64,000 nt of DNA from Paraspadella gotoi (GCA_051294375.1 CM119265.1:25320297-25384296), one strand, 5' to 3'; positions 1-12,168 are shown, counted from the first letter of the stretch. Program-made: numbers and translations. Notes: a model not told the origin generated them from the letters alone.

Positions 1-453
1 TTAGATAAAAACAAAAACCAATAACAAAAATTTTACAATAGGGGTGCGTGGGCGTGAACCAAGATCTTTCCATGTTTCAGTTTCATGTTTCGATGTGAAT
101 AAAGAGACCAATCGCTAAATGTTACATGAGATGCTCTGCAATCGCTTTTTTCATATTCCATAAAGTAGATTTTCAACGATTGACCCAAGCAATAAAGAGA
201 AGAGAAAGGAGGTAAGTTAGAAAAGGCCTCTTGGTAATTCTCCTCTCCCCTTTCCTTTTTTTCTTTTCCTCTTCTTTCCTTTTTTTCTTTTCCCTTTCCT
301 TCAATCGTTTTTTTTCCTAAACAATTTTCTATCTTTAAAGGTTTTTGTATTTTTGTTTGAAAAGTTCATTTCGTCTCAAAAATCGAATATTTTTTTTTTC
401 TGTCTCTTTCTCTCCTCCTGTCACGAGAAAAGCATCGGAAAATTTAACAATTG

Positions 454-505
<52 letters not shown>

Positions 506-506
506 T

Positions 507-551
<45 letters not shown>

Positions 552-870
552 CTCTTTGCAACTATAAGAAAGTTTAATGCATAAATTTAAGCCACGTCTA
601 AAAATCGGAAAAACGAATCGGTGAAAATATTTTTTAAATTTTCTTTTTTTTTTTCAAGTTTGTCCTTTTTATTTGAGTCAGCAACTTCGTAAACAAAAGG
701 AGAAGGATTTCCACTAGTAAGGGTCATGATCGAATTTATCTTCGATTGCAGCTACATTTTTCTCCTTAATTTGTATGATCCGTCCTTAAATTTGTCTCTA
801 TGTCTGTCCGTCCGTCTGTCTAGAAATATCTCTGTTTTTCATCGTGATTGAATATATATACTCTCTATTG

Positions 871-1025
871 TTGTAGTCGAGCTTTGCAACAAGTTCACCC
901 TGCCTATTAACATGACACCTTCAGTCGTGATCCGGCGGGAAGTGTGAGGACGGCCGCCAACCGCCTTGGGGGCGTGGAAAACCCCCAAGTCAGGTTCCAA
1001 GCCCAGGACCCGTTCCGTGTCTGCT
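871..1025 (+). mobile_element. Dispersed repeat family A (tRNA-related SINE-like), internally deleted copy
   Basis: Shares TGTAGTCG..GCAA.AAGTTCACCCTGCC..ACACCTTCAGT and GAGGACGGCC..CCGCCTTGGGGGCGTGGAAAACCC..AAG..CCAGGACCCGTTCC with copies at ~29110-30380, ~37006-37427, ~42489-42675 and a fragment at ~18795. Confidence 0.7.
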
Positions 1026-1977
1026 TGAGACTCTTAAAGAAGTTGCTGATAACACTTAGCGCCTTATCCACAATGTAATGAAATTGCTACAACCAATATA
1101 AAAATTATATTAATTTAACGAATAGGCTATCTTGCCCCATACTTTGGACATAATATAACTTTAAAATGTATCGTGAGATCGTTGGCGCCACCTTCCATAA
1201 GCGAAGGCGCCAATACCGTAGGTACTAATAAACGGAACTGCTAATGTTGATTATAAAGCGATATATTATCTCGAGAGAAAATTACGCCATAAACACGAAA
1301 TAAAACGAAAGAAAAAAAAAAGAAAGAAAAAAGTTTTTAAAAAATTGTTTTGGGATCGAGAGACGAGGAAATTTTCTTTTTTGTTTTGGACCCGAGAGGC
1401 GCCGGCGATTTCTATTACATCCGGGTTTTTAGTAGCGTTCGTTCGTTAAGGGGGAAGGAAGAGGAAGAGGACGGGCTGGGGAAATGGGAGAGGGAAGAGA
1501 GAGGAGAGAGGAATAGAGGTAAGTTGAAGGAGGGGACAGGAAGTGGATGAGGAAGGGAAGGAGAGGGGAGGAACTAAAAATAGAAACGTTAGATGAAATG
1601 GAAAAAAAATAACCTGAATCTATAGAAAACAAGAACGGTAATTCAATTGTGTTGCGCCGCAGTGACTGCCTTATCACGTGTATTTCTTGTGACATAACAT
1701 GATATGACGTGACATGACTACAATAAATTTTTTTACCCGTGTATTTTTGATACACACTGCATCGAAAGTTTGTTTTTTATTCCGGTTCCATGCTTGACCA
1801 ATCAGGATTCGGGGAGATCGCCCGAGTCTTCAATCCGATTTGCTTTTGGTGGCTTGATACTCCTCTTGATAGTTTAAGGACTTCTTGAAGGCGGCGCTAG
1901 CAGTTTTTTAGATTTAATGTTTTTTCATGTCTTGACAAATGAACAACCAAATATATGTATTATGCAAGTTATAATTA

Positions 1978-2077
1978 GGACAAACCAACTGACAGATAGA
2001 CCAACTGACCGACGGACCGACCGACCGAAAAATGACTTATAGAGTTGCTCCGTGAATACTCGCGGCGCAACTAAAAA
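1978..2077 (-). mobile_element. 5' end of a Helentron-associated (HINE/DINE-1-like) element, family 2
   Basis: Minus strand reads TTTTTAGTTGCGCCGCGAG..CGGAGCAACT (5' hairpin after a T run) followed by a (GGTC/GTCC)n microsatellite, the usual HINE 5' layout. Confidence 0.55.
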
Positions 2078-2495
2078 GTGACCTTTATGTTCACGCTAGG
2101 ATGCAGGAAATAAATTTTGAAAACCTTTTTTCAGTTTTAAAACAACATTCAATTACAGAAAATAGCAAAAATATCTGTCAAAAGTTCCTCTTTTTTTTTT
2201 CTAGCAAAAGAAGCGAAATTGAAGCAAAAAGGACGCGAGACGTGACAGGAAACGCCTGATTATAGATTATCCCCCGCCAGGCGGTGTTCACTTTCCTTTT
2301 CACGCTCTCGTAATCACGGAAGTTCATTTGCGCGGGAAAAAAATAGGAATTGCGTTTGAACTTTGATTAAGTCATTAAGGCGGGCCAGAATTTAACATTT
2401 TTTACAATATGAAATAGTCTGCAATAAAAGTCTTTTGTCCTTTTACAACCAAATTGACTTATGATGTTATATTTGGATTAAATTCATTTTCCTCA

Positions 2496-2860
2496 CGCAT
2501 GGAAGCATTTTAATATTTAACAAGATATAAGAATTGCTTAAAAATTTTTGTTTATAAATTTTAATTTTTAAAAATGGATTCTGATGAAGATTAAAGGTTA
2601 ATAGTAGTTAGTATTACAAATTTTAAAAATTTTAATGATAAATAAGTTTAAATTTTAAATCATCATCATAATTCAATACATAAATTTGATAGTTTTTGTT
2701 AATTTTTATAGACAAACCATTAAAATTTCAAAAGGTTGTAGTAATAACCTTCATCTAACTTTTCAAGCTCTATCAGAATCCGATAAAAAAAAAATAAACT
2801 TTACCTCAAAAAATGTTTGACATTATATAGCATTTGGATAATATAAAATAGCATCCATGC
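2496..2860. mobile_element. Small degenerate MITE-like inverted-repeat element
   Basis: CGCATGGA at ~2496 pairs with TCCATGCG at ~2853; internal GGATTCTGAT pairs with ATCAGAATCC; AT-rich interior. Confidence 0.4.
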
Positions 2861-3729
2861 GTTTAACTATAAGATAAATCTTAAATCTGTTTTATTTTCA
2901 TGAACTTTAATAAACACATTAAAAATATTTATACCGAATTTTTGTTAATTTGTAACTTGTTCCGCCTTATCAGTCATAAATGATTCAATTATTTTTTACG
3001 GAGAGATGGGTTCAATAAAATGATTGCATCGTGAAGAGTAGAAATCAACTAAGCGCAAAGGATGAAAAGGATCGGATAAGAGATCATTGGGAGAGGTCAT
3101 ATGGACGGTCAAATGGTATTCGGGAAGTTCATCCATAGGTTATTGAGATGGTCAAAATCGAGGATACTCTATTGGGTCAAAAATGATTAAAAAGGACATT
3201 TGTTTCATGATCAAAAGGTCAATTAGCAGGTCATTGGGTCAATGTGCTGGTCAAACGATCGGTCAATGACCGATGGAGAATAAATAAAACGCCAAAGGTT
3301 AATGGAAACCCGACGCGTCTTTATTCGCTCCCTTAATTCGTGCTCATCGTATCCATTTTTATTGTAATTTTTATTATTCCTTATGTTATTTCTTTTTTTT
3401 TTAATTAATTACTTTTTTCTCGAGTTTTTATTTTGGAACGAAACTTCGTCTTGTTGTGATTCTCGGCCAAATCGAGTTCGCTAATCACCTCATTACGTCT
3501 TTTTTACGCCGCTGACGCCGCCGCCACTCCCGCCGCTGCCGCCGTCACTCCTGCCGCTGCCGCCGCCGCTGCCGCCACCGCCGCTGACGCCGCCGCTAAC
3601 GCCTGGCCGAAGCATCTACCGAGAATCAGTGATTTATGGACAACTAACGTCACTTAGTTTTGTCGCCATACTGCATTTTTCTTCTATCGTAATGCCACTG
3701 TATTTTGTTCCATCGCCCACCATTCAGTC

Positions 3730-3972
3730 GCCCAGTATTTCAATTACATCGCTCTGCATTTCAATTCCATAGCCCAGCATTTCAATTCTGTCGCCCTGCA
3801 TTTCAATTTCATCACCCAGCATTTTGATTCCCTCTACCAGCATTTCAATTCAGTCACCCTGCCTTTTGATTCCTTCTCCCAGCATTCCAATTCCATCCCC
3901 CAGCATTTCAATCCCATCGCCTTGCATTTCAATTCTATCGCCTAGCATTTCGATTCCATCTCTCTGCATCTC
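3730..3972. repeat. ~21-bp minisatellite (CCAGCATTTCAATTCCATCGC-like)
   Basis: About 11 diverged tandem copies visible. Confidence 0.85.
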
Positions 3973-6458
3973 GCTCCACATTAGGCGGGGACGCATTTAC
4001 CTAATGACGCTCGTCATCTCGTTAAACCAGTTTTTTTTTTACGTTAAATCCGTCGACAATTTTTTTCCCCTCATGCAAGTTAATCTGAGTCAAACTCCAT
4101 TTAGTTAAAACTCGTTTCCATGCAAGTTTTTTTTTTCCAGAAAAAGGTTCTTTTGGGGTCATATTTTTTTACTCTTAGCTGCGGTCGACTCGATTCTGTT
4201 TGATAGTCCTGAGTTACCAATGCGATAATTACCTAAAAGTTACAGATCAATGAATTCATGACAATGATGATTAGTAACATAAATGCGCCAAAGGGCAAAG
4301 AAAAAAGAATTACCATCTCACAAATATAACAAAAGTGCCACTGCTTCATCGCGCAAAGAAAAGAGAGGCGCCTCCACCTCATTTCTCTCGTTTTGGATCA
4401 CGACCATTTCTTGTCTCCGCTTCGGTGAACTTCCGTGAATTCATTCAGAAGTCGAAGCCTCACCGCAGAGACGGTGACTGTAACGTTCGAGAGAAGTGGC
4501 GCTCTCTGTCTGTGAATAAGAGAATCACTCTCGATTTCTGAAACATTAATAACATTAATATAATGCTAATTTAAAATTATAAAATAGATGAAGTAACCGA
4601 CAAATCAATCAACGAATGTGTTCATGTCCAAACTTGTTTTAAAACAAAAATAATATCAGATATTCTTTTGTACATGACAACTACCCCAAGGAAAAAGGAA
4701 ATAAATAGAGAACAAAATCTCCAGAACGTCAGATGTTAGATCTGACAAAACCCACGTAGATTTAACTGGCATCCCAAAAAAAAACTTCCTGGCAGAAAGC
4801 TATGATAAAAAAAAGGAACCAAGATGCAACTTGAAAGTTAGAAAAGAAAAAAATAAGCGAAAACTTCCGACAGAAATGGCGCAACTACAACAACAACAAC
4901 GAACCTCGGAAATCGGGGGGAAAAATATATGAGAAAAAACTTTCGCGAACAAAAGGGAATGGAGTCGTTGTTGTCGTCGTCGTCCTCGTTATCGTCGTCG
5001 TTGTTTTTTCTCGTCGTCGTTTTCTTCATCGTCTCGTCTCAGTGGTTTGTTTTTTTTTGTCAATGTTATGTCATGTAAATCTGTTGGATATAAACTCTCG
5101 TTGGAATTTGTTACTTTTGATTTCATTTTGTGGAATTGTTTCAAACTATAAACAATCATTATTCGTTTACAAATATTGCTGTTTATTATTATTTCATTAA
5201 AAAGTTTCAACCATGATTTCTATCCAGTTACTATCCCTTGTCGTCATTGTCTTCGTCGTCGTTGTTGTCGTCGTCGTCGTTGTTATTGTCTTCGTCGTCA
5301 TTGTCTTCTTCTTCTTCTTCTTCTTCTTCGTCGTCGTCGTCGCCGTCGTCGTCGTCGCCGTCGCTCCCTCGATGTTCCCCCAACTCATAAACAAAAAGCT
5401 CGTCTTCCGGCGAAAAATAAGATTTTTTTTTGTGTGTGTGTTGGCGCTGGAATCTTAATTAATACAAGTAGGCCAAAAGGCAAACACTGGGTAACTCAAG
5501 ACGACGAAGACGACGACGACGAAGATGTGGGAAGAGGAAGAGACGACGACGAGAAGAAAGGGATGACAAATAAGAGGAAGAGGACGACAACAATGAATCC
5601 AAGGATTAAACCGGTGACGAGAATGATGACAAAGTAGCGAAGGAAGTGAGAGAGAGAGAGTTGAATGACAAAGAAGGAGAAACTCTGTAGGGAGAAAAAA
5701 GTGAAAGTAAGATAAGACGACGACGACGACGACGACGACGACGACAACGTGTTTGATAACAAAGGCTTTTTTTTATGTTTTCTTTTTTGACGAAGATAAA
5801 TTAATCGACGAAGTTTCTTTTTTTAAATCTGGTGTAAATTTCCGTCTCCCCATAAAGATTTTCAGTCTAAAAGTTTAAAAAAATTTAGATTAGATATTCA
5901 AGTCAATTATAATTTAAACCCGTTTGTAAAACATCAACGAATACGACGCTGCAAGAGAACGAAGCAGCTTCTCTTACTCCCGTTCCGAAGCAGCAGCTGC
6001 AGAGCAGATGGAACTTTTTTTTTCCAAAAAATCCTTTTAATGACTTATAAGAATCGTGCTTGTCACCGGGTTGAATAAAAGCTAGAGTGGAGATCTTATT
6101 CTTACGCAATATTTACAACAAAAAAATGATACAAACTAACAAATAGTTCGATAATTAGATTAATCTTTTTTTTCACAAGAATCTATTTCTTTCTTTCTCC
6201 TCCTTTTCAATTACCTTCTCCCCCGTAAATAAACTCCTCTGTTGGTCTCTCCTCGTTTTTTCCCCTTTTGTTTTTGTTTTTCGCGCCACCTGGATTCTCG
6301 TTTCAAGGTCAAAAGGGTCATTTGCCCCCCCAAAGGGGTCAAACATTTCCCGCGTCTCGCGTCTCGGGGTCGCGACGTCATTGGCCTCTGGGTCGAGCGT
6401 TCCTTGACCCGAATCGACGGCAAATTCCCCGAGGGGCTGAAGACGAGATCGGAGTGAG

Positions 6459-6526
<68 letters not shown>

Positions 6527-6734
6527 AGAGAGAGATTTGGTGGGTTATGGGGGTGTGAGTGGGGGGAAGGATGACATGGAATTGGTTGAGATATTGAAGG
6601 ATGATGGAAGGAAGAAAGGAAGAATAAGAAAAAAAGAAGTGAGAACAAAAAAAGATTTTAAAGAAAGTAAAGGAATTGAGAATTTCTCATTCGTTTAGAG
6701 AATAGGGCTGAAGAGACAGTAATTATTGTTATGT

Positions 6735-6909
6735 GTTAGTGACAGAACCGTTCAATATAAGCAGTCCCTGAGCTTCGGATCAGGCAGTATCACCGTGTTA
6801 CAGGCGAGTTAAGCGCCCCGTCCCTCTTAACTGCAAGGCGACCACCGGGATAGAACCCCGAAGCTTTGGGATGGGAGGCGAATGAGTAGCCTCCGGCATC
6901 AATGGCCGC
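6735..6909 (-). mobile_element. tRNA-derived SINE family B, copy 1
   Basis: Minus strand begins GCGGCCATTGATGCCGGAGG..GGGGTTCTATCCCGGTGGTCGCC (acceptor-like stem, A and B boxes), then a unique body and A-rich tail; second copy at 47173-47347. Confidence 0.8.
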
Positions 6910-7123
6910 TGCTGAAAGGTTGGGATCAGGGTTGACCTCAAAAGAAAAAGAAACGAGCTGCAAGAGGCGAGACTCTTCAGAAAGGCGAAGCCAACTTTGA
7001 CGTACAATGAAACGAAACCTGGTTATTTTATGGTTTCAAATTATTTCTTATGGCACGAGGATCTTGATCAGGGCGATCACAATCAAAAGAACGATCGTCG
7101 TCGTCGTCGTCGTCGTCGTCGTC

Positions 7124-7276
7124 AAAGTCAACTTGAAAAAACATCTTCTCACGCATACAAAAGAAAAACCACATGAATGTAAAATTTGTCATCTCCGTTT
7201 CTCACTAAAGTCAAGTGTGACACGTCATCTTCAAACTCATAGTAAAGAGAAACCAGAAAAAAATGCGCAATTATGA
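7124..7276 (+). pseudogene. C2H2 (Kruppel-type) zinc-finger gene fragment, about 1.5 fingers plus stop
   Basis: Translation NLKKHLLTHTKEKPHECKICHLRFSLKSSVTRHLQTHSKEKP has a canonical CxxC..HxxxH finger and TGEKP-like linkers; begins abruptly after a (GTC)n tract. Confidence 0.7.
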
Positions 7277-8644
7277 CAAAATAAATATCAATAGAATAAC
7301 GACGGTTAAAAAGTATTTCCATGATTGTCAATCAGCTCTGCTCCACAGTTTAAACCGCTAATCTTCAGCAACTTTTCGATCAATTTTTTATTTATTTATT
7401 TTATTTTATTTTATTTTATTTATTTTTTATTTATTTTTGGGTAAAAAAAAAACAAAGATTTTTTTCATTAAAAATGGACCTGTTTCAATTTATTTTTTGA
7501 ATTTTCCAGAACATTTTTTGGGTAGATTTTAAGTTTCAAACATTCAATTAATATCTCTCAAAACATTGTTCGTCCCGTAGCCATTTTCATATGTAATTTT
7601 TGCATAAACATTTCATGCGATAATACAAGTTTTATAAATGGATTCCGTCTTTTTTTTTGATGTTTTATTAATCAGTTTTAATGTAAATCAGTTCGATCGG
7701 CTAAAATATTAAAATCTAAGGCAGGTCTCCGCCGAATTAAGAAGAAACCATTCTGACAAAAAACGTTTCGCTAGTAGTTTATATGTTGTAGCGCCGCTAG
7801 ACCCTTATTTTCTTCATCAGGCGTTTAAATATTACACGGTAGGGCAGAGAGGATGTGAAAGAAACAAAAAAGTGCCATCTCTGAAACCTATAAAATCTTA
7901 AAGTATACCCATGAGACACTTAATGTGGTAGGTCAGTAAAATTCGATAAAGGCAGGTTTTTTTTTAAATTCTCATTAAATTTTTTTAAATTTTTTTATAA
8001 AAATTTTAAGTAGTTTATGGAATATGCTTACAATTTGAATGTCTATATGTCTGTCATTATTTACAAAGCATAAGCTTTAATTTGAAACCACTCCCAACTT
8101 TCTATTATTTTTGCTATTGAAATATATGTAAAAATTAAATATTTTTTTTTAAAAAGATTAATCAATTAGTACCATTGAACAGATTATTTCTTAAAAATAA
8201 AAATACAAATATGTTCTCAAAATACATTTCTACTTATTAGGCTTCAAAATAAGTTTTTTTTAATTAATAATAATTTTAATATAAAAATTTAAAAAATAAA
8301 AAAATATTTTGAAAAATATTAATATATACTCTAATTAAGTATTAAAAGTTAAAGCATTATGTTTGTTAATATTTTTACATTTGTCTATAATTAATATTTA
8401 TCAATATTGAGTGAGTTATTATTCTAATATAATTTTATGAATAAAATTTTTTTTGATAAGTAATAAATTATATAATTACTTTTTAAAGCTGGATATGATT
8501 TTGAATTAAAGTGCTCAACTAATATTTATCTGTTATTTTATTTGAGATTAAGTTTTAATTAAATATCATTGTATTATTTTCTCTCTTTTCGTTGCTAAGT
8601 GAATATTAGGAATTGTTTATTGTTTGCCAATACAACGATTTTTA

Positions 8645-8699
8645 TTTACATAGTACATGTTTCGACTCTGTTGATTCGAGTCTTCATCAGCTTTGAAAA
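8645..8699 (-). ncRNA. Minimal type I hammerhead ribozyme (inverted pLTR copy)
   Basis: Reverse complement of 10326-10380: CTGATGA-AGACTC..GAGTC-GAAA-CATGTA. Confidence 0.85.
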
Positions 8700-8729
8700 A
8701 CATTATCAAAAATGCTCTACACATTAAGT

Positions 8730-8767
<38 letters not shown>

Positions 8768-8879
8768 GAGAGATTGAGGGAGAGTTTCCAACAAAGGGCT
8801 GAGTAAAGGACAGTGGCCAGATGAGAGGACAGGTGAAGGTAAGAACAGAGAAGAAGATAATTTTGAAATGGTGAAAAGT

Positions 8880-8925
<46 letters not shown>

Positions 8926-9094
8926 ATTACATTTGACAATGTACAACAAAGATAAATTTAGAAAACTTAGAAATAAGCTGAGATTTGAATTAACAAAAGT
9001 TAAATAAGTAATAATGATGAAAAATGAAATGGAGGAATAGGTGGTGAGGGATAGATAAGTTAATAGTTAAGTGAAATATATATAAGAGAAGAAA

Positions 9095-9535
9095 GAGCTC
9101 AAAACGACCAGCGGCTCCTTACGTGAGCAATTGGTGAAACCGAAAGATAAAATCCCCAGACCGAATACTTCAGGAGCCGTCTATTGGGCGGCCTGTGCCG
9201 GGGCAGGCAACCAACCTTGCACAGCAGCATACGTGGGCGAGACCGGGAAGTCTCTCTCAGATCGGTTTAAACAGCACATAAAGCCGTATCGTGACACACG
9301 AGGTCACTTCTTATCGGCTATTGCCGAGCATTCGGCATCTTCTGGCCATCTGTTTAGAGAGTCCGACTGCCTCGTGCTGTCCATGACCAAAATTGGTTCT
9401 CAAGAGGTATTAGAGAGGCAGTTTACATCAAAGCCCTCGAACCCTCTTTGAACCGTGATGGAGGACGATTCGATCTCCCTCCAAGCTATGACTCGCTAAT
9501 CAAACTGGTGGTGGAACACCCAAAGCCACCCAACC
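9095..9535 (+). pseudogene. Penelope-type GIY-YIG endonuclease C-terminal fragment (frameshift near 9382)
   Basis: KDKIP..SGAVY..C....C.AAYVGETGKSLSDRFKQH..SAIAEH..SGH, continuing in another frame as NWFSRGIREAVYIKALEPSLNRDGG, typical PLE endonuclease motifs. No RT domain present. Confidence 0.9.
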
Positions 9536-10261
9536 GCACGGTGATTCCCCTGTCCAACTCAACGGGTCAGGCGGAGGCCTCCCGGCAGGCAATGGACGTC
9601 CGATACCTCTCCCGAACCTGTAGCAACTTGGCGTGACTCTCTGAACGCCAAGCGCCGCCCAAAACGACGGCTACAGGAGGAGGGAGAGGAGTCTGTATCT
9701 CCTGCACCAAAACAGGCAAGAACAGGCAACCGCCACCTCACCGTCAGGTGAGAGGAGGGCCTTCGCAGGCTTATCAGGCAAAGAGATATTAGAGTGGCAC
9801 TTGGTATTTTCCCAGCCGGTCTTTACCTGACCCCATGATATCCCACTCTACAAGAATATCATCTCAGTCTATGACAAGCCAATGACCCGATCATATCGTC
9901 AGCGTCCCACCTTTGTCCACCCGGGGGGGCCAGCTCATTTTGAGCTCTTTCTTCTCTTATATATATTTCACTTAACTATTAACTTATCTATCCCTCACCA
10001 CCTATTCCTCCATTTCATTTTTCATCATTATTACTTATTTAACTTTTGTTAATTCAAAATCTCAGCTTATTTCTAAGTTTTTCTAAATTTATCTTTGTTG
10101 TACATTGTCAAATGTAATTATTTCTCTCTCTCTCCTCTCTCTCTCTTTCACTTTTCACCATTTCAAAATTATCTTCTTCTCTGTTCTTACCTTCACCTGT
10201 CCTCTCATCTGGCCACTGTCCTTTACTCAGCCTTTTGTTGGAAACTCTCCCTCAATCTCTC

Positions 10262-10295
<34 letters not shown>

Positions 10296-10325
10296 ACTTA
10301 ATGTGTAGAGCATTTTTGATAATGT

Positions 10326-10380
10326 TTTTCAAAGCTGATGAAGACTCGAATCAACAGAGTCGAAACATGTACTATGTAAA
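10326..10380 (+). ncRNA. Minimal type I hammerhead ribozyme
   Basis: CTGATGA (10335-10341), stem II GACTC/GAGTC, GAAA (10362-10365), short palindromic stem III ACATGT and GTA cleavage triplet, imperfect stem I. Confidence 0.85.
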
Positions 10381-11117
10381 TAAAATCGTTGTATTGGCAA
10401 ACAATAAACAATTCCTAATAATTAAATATCATATATTTTCTTAAAAAAAATAAAATTAATTATCTGTATTATTTATTTTTATAATAAATTTATATCATTT
10501 TTTTAAAATTTGTTTTTAGGGCTTAATAAGTAGAACTGCATTTTGAGAACCTATTTGTACTTTTATTTTTAAGAAATAATCCGTTTGAAAGAACTGATTG
10601 ATTATTAATTTTTTTTAAAAAAAATATGATTTTTACTTATAATTCAATAACAAAAAATCGTAAAAAGTTGGGAGAGGTCTCAAATTAAAGCTTATGCTCT
10701 GTAGATAATGATAGATGTATAAACATTAAAATTGTAAGCATTTTCACTAAACTATTTAAAAAATTTTTTAAAAAATTTAAAAAACTTTAATGAGCATTTA
10801 AAAAAAAACCTGCCTTTATCGAATTTTACTGACCTACTACATTAAGTGTCTCATGGGTATACTTTAAGATTTTATAGGTTTCAGAGATGGCACTTTTTTT
10901 GTTTCTTTCACATCCTCTCTGCCCTACCGTGATATTGTGTTCCGCATCTGTCGTGCATCTGCTACGTTTCCTCTATCTTTTTCTCTTGCATCGGTCTACT
11001 TCCAGTTCCCCGTCGACTCATTGCATCTGTCCAGTCAATTCGGTCGCGCCATTCGTCTCGCATCTGTCATCGCGTTTACTCTCGCTGATATGAACAAGGA
11101 AAACCGTTTTCCCATTT

Positions 11118-11149
<32 letters not shown>

Positions 11150-12075
11150 CTCCTCTTCCTTTTTTTTCTTTTTTCCTTTTTTTTCGATCTGACGAATATA
11201 CACATTTTTTAATTATCGATTCTTTTTTTTTTTAATTTCTTTCTCTTCTCCTTTATTTACGTATTATTTTCTTTCATAAATCATTCAGCAAATTACTAAT
11301 CACTCTGTCAGTATTGAAAATATATCACCCGCGAATTCTTCACCAAAGTGAACGCGGAAGGCCGGTGATTCCTGCGGTGCGGGGCGCAGTTCGAGGGAAA
11401 CTAAAATGTAGATTACGGAGGCAGAAGACGGGAATGTGGTAGTTTATAAAGGATAAATTTAAAAGTAGTATCCTTATTCTTTCGTTCCTAATTATTCAAA
11501 GAACTCTGATACTATCTTTTAGATGAAAACGGATTCCATCACACCCCCCCCCACTGCGAGTTTTTCACCTTAGTTTATAATCATTGATTCCCAATTTGTA
11601 ACCTGCAAAAATCATTGCAATTGTTTTTGGTTTAGCTTGGGAAGGAAAGAAAAACTAATTTCTTTTAATGGGAGATAATAAATTTTAACGACTATTGCCC
11701 GACTGACAGACCGACCGACCAAAAAGTAGACAAAATCGAGAAACGCGACATAAAAGTTTGACGATGAAGTCGTTTCTTTTCTTTTCTTTTCTTTTCTTTT
11801 CTTTTCTTTTCTTTTCTTTTCTTTTCTTTTCTTTTCTTTTCTTTTCTTTTTTTCTTTTTTTTTCTTTTCTCTCTTTTATTTTCTTTTCTTTTCTCTCTTT
11901 TATTTTCTTTTTTTATCTCTTTTCTTTTATTTTCTTCTCTCTCTTTTTTGTCTTTCCTCAACTTTCTTAGCTTTAATTTAATTTTTTTTATTTGATTTTT
12001 AAAATTTAAATTTTCTCGAGTTTATTTGAAACAAATACCGAAACAGGAATGAAGTAAGTCCTGTTTCTTCTCATC

Positions 12076-12108
<33 letters not shown>

Positions 12109-12122
12109 TTCATCTCTCTCTA

Positions 12123-12168
<46 letters not shown>

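Larger units (their letters stand above)
8570..10420 (+). mobile_element. 5'-truncated Penelope-like retroelement with inverted pseudo-LTRs
   Basis: GIY-YIG coding remnant flanked by ~500-bp near-identical inverted repeats (8604-9104 / 9938-10420), each with a hammerhead; direct repeat ATTAAATATCAT at 8558-8569 and 10421-10432 (TSD); 34-nt extension 8570-8603 on one arm. Confidence 0.9.
7835..10931. mobile_element. Non-autonomous long-TIR (foldback/MITE) DNA element with CAC...GTG termini, hosting the Penelope insertion
   Basis: CACGGTAGGGCAGAGAGGATGTGAAAG.. (7835) is the reverse complement of ..CATCCTCTCTGCCCTACCGTG (10931); inverted similarity extends ~450 bp; related internal sequence at ~46800-47100. 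No clean TSD. Confidence 0.8.

Noticed and set aside
2578-2600. CTGATGA hammerhead box
   Set aside because: No stem II or GAAA box follows; it is part of an inverted-repeat element.
6837-6909. Functional tRNA genes (also at 26453, 45861 and 47275)
   Set aside because: Stems are broken and the heads are attached to repeat bodies, consistent with SINEs.
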